From an uncultured Verrucomicrobiae bacterium (GTDB taxonomy: Bacteria; Verrucomicrobiota; Verrucomicrobiia; Chthoniobacterales; JAFAMB01): a stretch of DNA of 64,000 bases. Shown in pieces: positions 54,517-62,089 of the stretch (positions within the stretch are counted from its first letter, which is position 1; each line of letters begins with the position of its first letter). Location of the stretch: positions 57,435 through 121,434 of the forward strand of contig CAVVPV010000028.1 in NCBI GenBank assembly GCA_963750185.1, written 5' to 3'. Made by a program: the position numbers and the translations under genes. A model generated the notes under the pieces. It worked only from the letters and a program-made list of their open reading frames with translations. It had not been told where the DNA came from and did no database searches.

Positions 54517-55374
54517 TCACTGGCTGTGAGGAGTCGTCATCGTCGGGCTGGCCGAAGGGCCGATCGACGGGGTGGGCGTGGGATTTGGTGCGGTGAGGTC
54601 GACTCGATTATAGCCGGCGTCGGATCCACCTTCCGTGTTATAAATTGGACCGGCCGCTTGAACTTCCTGACTGCCCGGGGTGTTTGGGTTTGCTGTCGTT
54701 ACATACCATCCCACCCCTGGATTTACACCCCAGGCGTCCGCCTGAATCCGCTGATTGCCGTGACCAGAGAGGTCAAAATCTCCATATTTGCGTCCCCCAA
54801 ACATCAGTGTCGCCCTCAGAGGCCCGTCGCTTTGATTTTGAAAGAAGAATGAGCCCGTTGCATGAGAGTCAAGATTGCTTCCGGCCAGGCAATTGAGTGG
54901 TCGAGGTTCGACCTTTGCCCCGGGTTGTCCGTCTTCGACTGAACCGACTTGCCATGAGGCCTCTGTAATCAGCACTTTGCCGGCGTCTACGCTATCGTCC
55001 AGAACCGCTTGAATGAAGATCTGAAAACTTGTCGGTCCATTTTGCCTGAGATCGGTACCCGGGCAATAAATGGTCATTATGCTGCCCTTCCCGCGCGCTC
55101 CGGCTCGATTTGGTTCTCCCTTTTCGATGTTGATCCGCGTGGCGGTTCCGATCTGTTTGTCGCCTGACCAGATAGTAATTTCATACACGCCGTCCTGAGT
55201 TTTCGAAAAGTCGACCTGCACTGGAATCGGCAGGCCAGTGTCCAACCCGGTTCTTGTATGGCCGTTGCGCGCCGTGTGCACGTTCAGAGTACCGACGACA
55301 TCGGCGCCGGCCAGTTTCGCGGAAGCAAATATCAACAACAGGACGAGCCTTGTGCGGTACATGGCAGTAGGCAA
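54517..55374 (-). CDS. Secreted hypothetical protein
   Basis: 285 aa, signal peptide MYRTRLVLLLIFASAKLAGA, beta-rich. No recognisable family. Confidence 0.6.
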   Translation of the reverse strand: MPTAMYRTRLVLLLIFASAKLAGADVVGTLNVHTARNGHTRTGLDTGLPIPVQVDFSKTQDGVYEITIWSGDKQIGTATRINIEKGEPNRAGARGKGSIMTIYCPGTDLRQNGPTSFQIFIQAVLDDSVDAGKVLITEASWQVGSVEDGQPGAKVEPRPLNCLAGSNLDSHATGSFFFQNQSDGPLRATLMFGGRKYGDFDLSGHGNQRIQADAWGVNPGVGWYVTTANPNTPGSQEVQAAGPIYNTEGGSDAGYNRVDLTAPNPTPTPSIGPSASPTMTTPHSQ

Positions 55375-55420
55375 AAATCTGTCAAAACTGCCTGTTCAGC
55401 AAGCCAAACACCAAAACCCA

Positions 55421-55483
55421 GTAGGCGAAGCGTCCCCGCTTTGCACCTCTTCAAAGGCGCGCAAACCGAGACGGTTCGCCTAC
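55421..55483. repeat. Palindromic element, same family as 38259-38320 (copy 3, opposite orientation to copy 2)
   Basis: gtaggcgaagcgtccccgctttgca - 15 nt - gcaaaccgagacggttcgcctac. Confidence 0.9.
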
Positions 55484-55536
55484 ATTTTGACGCCTCCGCG
55501 AGCAACCGGACTCACGTGTGTCACTTTACCGAAATT

Positions 55537-55878
55537 TTAGCTTCCGCCGTGCATGGCGTTCCAGATCTGCAAGCCGATCAAGAGCACCATCACAGTAACG
55601 TAAACCCGCAAAGCCCACAGAATTACGAGCGTTCCACGGCTGAGTGCGCGCCGGCCAAAGCGGGGTTTGGCTGTTGAAAGTTGATCGGGCTCCAGTGATT
55701 CATGCACCCATGTTTCCGCGCGCTCCGAGGAGACGTGCACCGGTTTTGCGGTTTGTGCCGTTGGTATCACTTCATTGCTCCTTTTGATTTTCGCCGTTCG
55801 TTTAGTCTGTTCATTTAATTTGATTCCAGCCCCTCTCCTATGACGGAACCAAGTGAGGGAAGACCGTGGTGATTCCAA
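55537..55878 (-). CDS. Hypothetical small protein with a C-terminal TM helix
   Basis: Open frame downstream of, and overlapping, the NRAMP gene. The C-terminal helix is LVILWALRVYVTVMVLLIGLQIW. The true start is probably internal. Confidence 0.3.
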   Translation of the reverse strand: MESPRSSLTWFRHRRGAGIKLNEQTKRTAKIKRSNEVIPTAQTAKPVHVSSERAETWVHESLEPDQLSTAKPRFGRRALSRGTLVILWALRVYVTVMVLLIGLQIWNAMHGGS

Positions 55879-57187
55879 AAATGATTCCGGCGAGGACGAG
55901 AAAAATCGTCACGGTGATCCCGAGGAAATTGGTCAGACGTCCGTTCGCATGTTCCCCCATGATCTCGCGATCGTTGACGAGCAACATCAGGAAGACGATC
56001 GCCGGAGGCATCGCCAGGGTGGCGATAACATTTACGATGAGGGAGATGAAGACCAGCGGGGCGTTCGGTATGAGGACCAGGACCGCTGCTATGCCCGCCG
56101 CTGCAACCAGAACGGAATAAAACAGCCACCCGTCACGCAACGAGCTGTTCAAGCTGTGCGACTTTCCCGTTACCTCACCGAACGCGTACGCTGAGGAGGT
56201 GGAGATTGTGAGGGCTGCCACTAAGCCGGCTTCAAATATTCCGATAGCAAAGAGGGTCGCCCCGACGTCTCCCACATACGGCACAAGAGCCTGGGCAAAC
56301 TCTGCGCCCTGGAAGCTTGAGGCGTTGATATGATGGATAAATAGCGGCGTCGTCGCGATGACCGTCGCGATGGCTGCAATCGCCGCAAGGACCGCTCCAA
56401 TAGCGGTATCGATTCGGCCATGGCGAATGTCGGCGGGGGTCAAACCCTTATCGACGACCGCACTTTGCTGGAAGAAGAGCATCCAGGGCGTCACGGTTGC
56501 ACCAATGTTCGACATGACTAGCAATATGAACCCGGTAGTGATTCCGCCAGGAAGGGGACCCCACGTAAAGAATGCCCGGACGACGTGCATACTCACGGGA
56601 TGTGCCATCAACGCAACAGGCACGAAAATAAGATTGAAGATCGCGAAGCTGAGGGCGATGCGCTCCCAGGTCCAGTACCGTCGGGTAAGTACCACGGCAA
56701 TCACCAGCAGAAAGGCTCCCAGTACGGCGATGGCCGGAGGCACGCCGAAGAAACCCAAACCTGCACGGACCGCAATGAACTCGGTTACGAGGGTCAGGAG
56801 GTTGCCAAAGACCAGGTCACCCATCGCGAAGAATCCCCAGAATGAGCCGAAGCGGGTGTAAATCAACTCGGCATGCCCCCTTTTCGTCGCGGCGCCAAGC
56901 CGGACGGTCATCTCCTGGACGATGTAGGCCATCAAGAATGTAAGCGCGATGAAGGGCAGGAAGAATCCGATGCCGAAGGCCGCACCCGTCGTCGCGTAGG
57001 AAATCATGCTTGGCCCGTCGTTTTCCCCGAGCATGACGAGGATGCCCGGACCGATCAGCAGCCAGAAAAGGCGCAACGCACGGTTTGGTCTATGGCCAGT
57101 CCGCAAGAAGTGGACCCGCCGACGATCATGGGCCCGTTTGATATCTTCGATCGCGATCTCTGCTGAGGGATTGAAAGACTGATCCAT
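55838..57187 (-). CDS. mntH: NRAMP-family divalent metal transporter (MntH-like)
   Basis: 449 aa, about 11 TM helices, with N-terminal LLIGPGILVMLGENDGPSMISYATTGAAFG (a DPGN-like motif region). Confidence 0.85.
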   Translation of the reverse strand: MDQSFNPSAEIAIEDIKRAHDRRRVHFLRTGHRPNRALRLFWLLIGPGILVMLGENDGPSMISYATTGAAFGIGFFLPFIALTFLMAYIVQEMTVRLGAATKRGHAELIYTRFGSFWGFFAMGDLVFGNLLTLVTEFIAVRAGLGFFGVPPAIAVLGAFLLVIAVVLTRRYWTWERIALSFAIFNLIFVPVALMAHPVSMHVVRAFFTWGPLPGGITTGFILLVMSNIGATVTPWMLFFQQSAVVDKGLTPADIRHGRIDTAIGAVLAAIAAIATVIATTPLFIHHINASSFQGAEFAQALVPYVGDVGATLFAIGIFEAGLVAALTISTSSAYAFGEVTGKSHSLNSSLRDGWLFYSVLVAAAGIAAVLVLIPNAPLVFISLIVNVIATLAMPPAIVFLMLLVNDREIMGEHANGRLTNFLGITVTIFLVLAGIIFGITTVFPHLVPS

Positions 57188-57369
57188 AAAAAACTGGTAG
57201 CGTACTTAGATTCTATTGAGATATTTGTCACCGCCTAATGCAATTAGCGCAACCTAAATTTTCTTTATTTTGAAATCTTTTTCGATATCGAAGACGAGGC
57301 TCGCTAAAGGCTGTAGAGCAAAGCTGCGTCCGTGCGGAGGAAGGTCATTGCGATTGAGTCCCGACAGCC

Positions 57370-57726
57370 TCAGAGGCGATGCAAATGGGTGTCGTGGAAC
57401 TTTGTCGGATACTTGAGACCGTACCCGAATAGGCGATCGACGCCGATGTGGGCGCTCCAGATCAACCCATAAGGTAGCAACCAGAGTTGCTTGGAAACGA
57501 CAGATACCCCAATGAGAAGCAGAGGGACCACAAGCGTATGAAAGAAATTGTAAATGGCCGCCCCGAGGCGCACGCCCAAAAAGTAGCCTAATACTGCGAC
57601 ATCTGGCGCCAGTACCAGCACGACAAAAAGGAGCCAATTGCCTCCTAATTCTCCGTAAAGAAGAAGACTTGCGCCAAAAATAAGGCCCCCTTCGGCACGA
57701 AGAAGCAAACTCGGACGCGTTAGCAC
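57370..57726 (-). CDS. DUF4260 family membrane protein
   Basis: 118 aa. The blocks LLRAEGGLIF...LAPDVAVLGY...YNFFHT...HIGVDRLFGYGLKY match my memory of DUF4260. Confidence 0.65.
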   Translation of the reverse strand: MLTRPSLLLRAEGGLIFGASLLLYGELGGNWLLFVVLVLAPDVAVLGYFLGVRLGAAIYNFFHTLVVPLLLIGVSVVSKQLWLLPYGLIWSAHIGVDRLFGYGLKYPTKFHDTHLHRL

Positions 57727-58044
57727 GATCCACTACTAGCACAATGCGGCGCGCTGCCGCGACCTGGAAATTCATACCAGGTGGCAACCATCGAGCGGTA
57801 GAAGGAACTGGTTGAGTGGGCGCAGGAGGCGATGCAAACAGGAGTCGAGAAGGCACTGAAAGAGGTAGCGTTGCACGGGCGATAATCTGTTGCTCCGCAG
57901 ATCCAGTTTGTCGGGCTATTCCGAATTAAATGGGCCGGGTTCTGTTTCCTAGCGGAGGACGGATCCAACAATGGAGCCGAACAGACTAAACGTGCTCACC
58001 GGGTGCAAAGCGGTAGAGCGCGCGTGCGGGGTGACGCACAACCC

Positions 58045-59028
58045 ATGTTTACTATGCTTGCCCGAATCCTTCTTTTTTCTCTCTCGTTGGTAGTGATTGC
58101 AAACCTTGGGTACACGCAGTCCGGCGCCGCGCCGGGCGTGCCACCCACGCAAGACCAGGACACGGTGACTCGCTTGCAGATCTACCTGGATGAGCAGTCG
58201 TTTGGCCCCGGAAAGATCGACGGACATTGGGGCGAGTTTGTCGGAAAGGCGCTGCAACGTTTCCAAGCTGCACACGGCCAACAACCCACAGGCCAGATCG
58301 ATCCGGCGTTGCAGCAGGAATTGCAAAAGATCTCACCGCCCTATACGACTTACACGTTTACGAAAGATGATCTCGATTGGGTAGGGAAGGTTCCTTCGAA
58401 GCCTGCCGAAATGGCGCGACTGAAGAAAATTTTGTATCCCTCTTTATTGGATTTTGTCTCCGAGCGGTATCACGCAGATCCGGTCTTCATCGAAAAATTG
58501 AATCCTGGTCAGGACCTGAAAAGATTGAAAGTTGGCAGCGCGGTGCAGGTGCCCAACGTACAGGCGTTCCAGATCGAAACGATTCAGCCAAAGCCGGATC
58601 TACCGCCAAGACCGGAGTTCGCTCAACGCCTCATCAGAGTTGACACAAAAGATTGCATGCTCGAACTGGTGGACGCGAACCGCATCATTGCTTCGTTTCC
58701 GATCACTCCCGGATCAAAAAGTTTGCCGGCGCCGATCGGCACTTGGAAAATCATGAAAGTCACGACGATGCCAATTTTCCGTTGGGACGAAGCAATGCTC
58801 AAGCGCGGACGACGGAGCAGTAATTTTTACACGCTCCCACCCGGCCCCCGCAATCCGGTTGGAATCGTGTGGATTGGATTGAACAAGAAGGGCATCGGCA
58901 TTCATGGCACCAACAGTCCGGAGACGATTGGTCGTTCCGCCAGTCACGGGTGCATCCGGCTGGCAAATTGGGACGCCGCTCGAGTCGTTAATCAAGTGAC
59001 CGTAGGAATGACCGTCGAGATTCACTGA
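58045..59028 (+). CDS. L,D-transpeptidase with a peptidoglycan-binding domain
   Basis: I placed the start at MFTMLARILLFSLSLVVIA (signal peptide). PG_binding_1-like block: LQIYLDEQSFGPGKIDGHWG...ALQRFQAAHG. YkuD site: IGIHGTNSPETIGRSASHGCIRLANWD. Confidence 0.85.
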   Translation: MFTMLARILLFSLSLVVIANLGYTQSGAAPGVPPTQDQDTVTRLQIYLDEQSFGPGKIDGHWGEFVGKALQRFQAAHGQQPTGQIDPALQQELQKISPPYTTYTFTKDDLDWVGKVPSKPAEMARLKKILYPSLLDFVSERYHADPVFIEKLNPGQDLKRLKVGSAVQVPNVQAFQIETIQPKPDLPPRPEFAQRLIRVDTKDCMLELVDANRIIASFPITPGSKSLPAPIGTWKIMKVTTMPIFRWDEAMLKRGRRSSNFYTLPPGPRNPVGIVWIGLNKKGIGIHGTNSPETIGRSASHGCIRLANWDAARVVNQVTVGMTVEIH

Positions 59029-59182
59029 GGAGAACCAACCCGGTGGCCGGACTGGCCGTGGCGATTTCTTCGACCGCATTTGTTGCTTCCGATCGCAACT
59101 TTATGGTGAACTGTAAGTCAGTGCGATCGGGATCGTACGTTTCACCCTTCCAGAGACGTCACAGTAAACAGAGAATGATTCA

Positions 59183-60235
59183 ATGACAGCGATTCCTCAC
59201 CGTTTCCTATCTACCACGGCGCCTCAGCTGCCGACGGTCTACAATGCACTGACGACGCGCTACGACAATATGCCTTTTCGGCGCGCAGGTCGCAGCGGCT
59301 TGTTGTTGCCCGCAATATCGCTCGGCCTTTGGCAGAATTTTGGAGAGGCCGACCCGATCGCTAACAGCCAGGCGATCCTCCGGCGGGCATTCGACCTCGG
59401 CATAACGCATATTGATCTTGCGAATAACTACGGCCCTCCGCAAGGTGCGGCGGAACGCACGTTCGGGCTGATTCTAAAATCCGATTTCCGGGCTTATCGG
59501 GACGAGATGGTCATCTCGACGAAAGCAGGCTACGACATGTGGCCCGGTCCCTACGGAGAGTGGGGTTCGCGAAAATATCTGATCGCCAGTCTCGACCAGA
59601 GCTTGATCCGGATGGGTCTCGACTATGTGGACCTCTTTTATTCGCATCGGCCGGATCCGGAGACACCACTTGAGGAGACTATGGGAGCGCTCGACCAGAT
59701 TGTCCGCAGCGGCAAAGCACTCTATGTGGGCATCTCAAATTATTCTCCGGAACAGACCCGCGAATCCTCACGAATCCTGCGCGCCTTGGGCACTCCCTGC
59801 CTCCTTCATCAACCGCGCTACAATATGTTTGATCGCCATATCGAAGGTGGCCTCCTTGACGTACTCAAAGAGGAAGGCATCGGCTGTATCGTTTTCTCAC
59901 CGCTCGCACAGGGACTTCTGACGGAGCGATATTTAGGTGGGATCCCGACCGATTCGCGCGCGGGCAAAGGGAGTCGGTTTTTGAAACCGGAGAGCATTAG
60001 CGATCATGCGCTTGCGCGCGCTCGGAAATTGGCTGCTTTAGCCCGGCAACGGGGCCAGACATTGGCGCAACTGGCCGTGACCTGGATCCTGCGCCAGCCA
60101 CAGATTACCTCGGTCCTGATCGGTGCCAGTCGCACCACGCAGATCGATGAACTGGTCGCCGGACTTTCTTTTCCATCACTGACAGATGCCGAACTGGAAG
60201 AAATCGAGAAGTGTCTCGATAGTAGTCGTGTTTGA
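59183..60235 (+). CDS. Aldo/keto reductase (YghZ / Kv-beta-like)
   Basis: RYDNMPFRRAGRSGLLLPAISLGLWQNFG aligns with the E. coli YghZ N-terminus. It also has GITHIDLANNYG and LDYVDLFYSHRPD. Confidence 0.88.
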   Translation: MTAIPHRFLSTTAPQLPTVYNALTTRYDNMPFRRAGRSGLLLPAISLGLWQNFGEADPIANSQAILRRAFDLGITHIDLANNYGPPQGAAERTFGLILKSDFRAYRDEMVISTKAGYDMWPGPYGEWGSRKYLIASLDQSLIRMGLDYVDLFYSHRPDPETPLEETMGALDQIVRSGKALYVGISNYSPEQTRESSRILRALGTPCLLHQPRYNMFDRHIEGGLLDVLKEEGIGCIVFSPLAQGLLTERYLGGIPTDSRAGKGSRFLKPESISDHALARARKLAALARQRGQTLAQLAVTWILRQPQITSVLIGASRTTQIDELVAGLSFPSLTDAELEEIEKCLDSSRV

Positions 60236-61082
60236 TTTCGAATGAGGCCCGCCGATATCAAAAGGAATCTTAGCTTCCGCTTTATTGTTTAAGGTTAACT
60301 CGATGAACACGGAGCACCTGTTTTTCTCCGAAGGTGCGAGCGGACTACAGCCTGGTCGCACCTTCGGCGCTCAAAAACGGGTCGCGCGAACCTCCTATCA
60401 ACTCACGACGCTGCCGCACCCGCCTGTGCTTCGTCGAGACGGAGATCCATTACCCGTTTGGATTATATTTATTCTTTACAGTTGCAAACGTTGGAAATTT
60501 CGTGTTTTATGTGGCCACCACTAAAAACTTCGTAGCACTTCTTCTGAAGAAAGGAGGTAACTACTCAATGAAATCCATTCGTCTCATTCTCGGCAAGCCA
60601 ATCGTCGCCGTTACGGGTTACCTCGACATGCGCGAGATTCTCTGACGAGTCACGTAAGTGGCTCACACGGCGGAGTCACGCCGGAATCATCTAAGTCCGA
60701 TTTTAACCGTTTTCGGTATCGGATTCGCATAGGCATAACACAATAATAATCAGTTCTATACTGATTGTTATACGGGTCCTTCTGTCCACTGAACTCGATT
60801 GCGAAGAATAATATCATGAAAATACTCTTTTTTATTTTATTTAAATACCGACCGCCGAATCGTTCACGATTTCATCCAGTCCTTTTGGGCGCGGATAATT
60901 CGCTGAAGCAGGCGCCGGCGGCGATAGAACGCTTATTTTTGCCGCTGCTTCGGTCGCCGAATGATCAACTCCAGGTTGTGGTGATCTATCCATGGCACTC
61001 GGATTGGAGCGCGTGGTCAGACCGCCAGTCATTACAATAACAATTACCGAAAAGGCACCTTTTGGAATCGAGGCAGAACACT

Positions 61083-61499
61083 ATGGCAAGAGATCTGAAA
61101 CACTTATATGCACGGATCAGTTTACTGATTCTTGCGTCAGGATTTTCTCTGCTTGGAGCTCTGTCCTTGATTAGCCGTGCGCAAAAGAGTTGGGCGTTTG
61201 GCTCTGATATAGAGAGTGACTGTTGTTATCTGGGAAGCGGTATTAGCATTTTCGCCGGCCTGATCTTCCTCGCAACTGCGTGTGTGTACTGGCGGAGACG
61301 CGGCGGCGCGTCGCGGCTCGCTGCGTTGGATGCGCGAGGTTTTGCACCGGAAGCGAAGCTGGCGGAAGTGCGTATACCGACCAAAGAGGAATATGCTCGC
61401 GATGACTCTGTCTTGGACGACATTCCGGCCAATCGACCGCTCACATGTGGATCGAGTCGCGAATCCGAAAAGAGCCGTAACGTAAGCGCGAGATTCTGA
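61083..61499 (+). CDS. Hypothetical membrane protein (2 TM)
   Basis: From the ATG at 61083: MARDLKHLYARISLLILASGFSLLGALSLI...GISIFAGLIFLATACVYW. No recognisable family. Confidence 0.35.
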   Translation: MARDLKHLYARISLLILASGFSLLGALSLISRAQKSWAFGSDIESDCCYLGSGISIFAGLIFLATACVYWRRRGGASRLAALDARGFAPEAKLAEVRIPTKEEYARDDSVLDDIPANRPLTCGSSRESEKSRNVSARF

Positions 61500-61516
61500 T
61501 TTGGACGATGGTGACC

Positions 61517-61631
61517 CGCATTTCTCACGGCCCCGTGAGAAATGCGCATGGAGTGCCGATCCGGCGCCCGCCGGATCGGGGTTCCCCGAAAGCTTGCGGG
61601 GTTGGGCGCGGCAAGCCGCTTTCCAAGCGGC
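61517..61631. repeat. Array of four consecutive GC-rich hairpins
   Basis: Perfect palindromes cgcatttctcacgg/ccgtgagaaatgcg (61517-61546) and ccgatccggcg/cgccggatcgg (61556-61579). Shorter stems ccccg/cgggg (61584-61601) and gccgctt/aagcggc (61615-61631). Confidence 0.85.
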
Positions 61632-61697
61632 GTGCAACGGGCGACCTTTTCAGAAATTTTGGGCCGGACAGGTGAGGCGCCTAACATAGTTTCCACC

Positions 61698-62089
61698 TTA
61701 GCTAGAGCCTGTTGCGAAATAGCTGCAAGCCGCGTCCCGTAGGGACACACCGATTGTAGCCTGGCACGCAGTGCCTGGGAAGCGTGTCTAGAAAGAAGCC
61801 GTCCCGTAGGGTACGGTATGATCGGGCGGGACGGCTCGTTTAGGGCGCGCTGTACCAGGCACTTCGTGCCAGGCTACGATCATGCAGTCCCTCCGGGACA
61901 TTTGGCCGGTAGCTCTCACGCCGCCACATGCCCACGGCACCGCGCTAATCACATATCAGACCGTATCCCTAGACCTGCGGGGCGGCGACTCTTCGGGCAT
62001 GCATTCCAGGAGTTCGTACCGGGTTACCATCGTTCACCACCCGGCGTCTCTTTCGATCTCCGGCACATTTCGCAACAGGCTCTAGCTAA
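61698..62089. mobile_element. MITE-like non-coding element bounded by perfect 23-bp terminal inverted repeats
   Basis: ttagctagagcctgttgcgaaat (61698-61720) is the exact reverse complement of atttcgcaacaggctctagctaa (62067-62089). The interior holds inverted copies of tagcctggcacg(c/a)agtgcctgg and gtcccgtagggac-type hairpins. No coding capacity is evident. Confidence 0.6.

Noticed and set aside
57254-57856. 200-aa ORF overlapping the DUF4260 gene in another frame
   Set aside because: The 118-aa frame gives a clean four-helix membrane protein matching DUF4260. The 200-aa frame is Arg/Pro/Ser-rich and non-protein-like.
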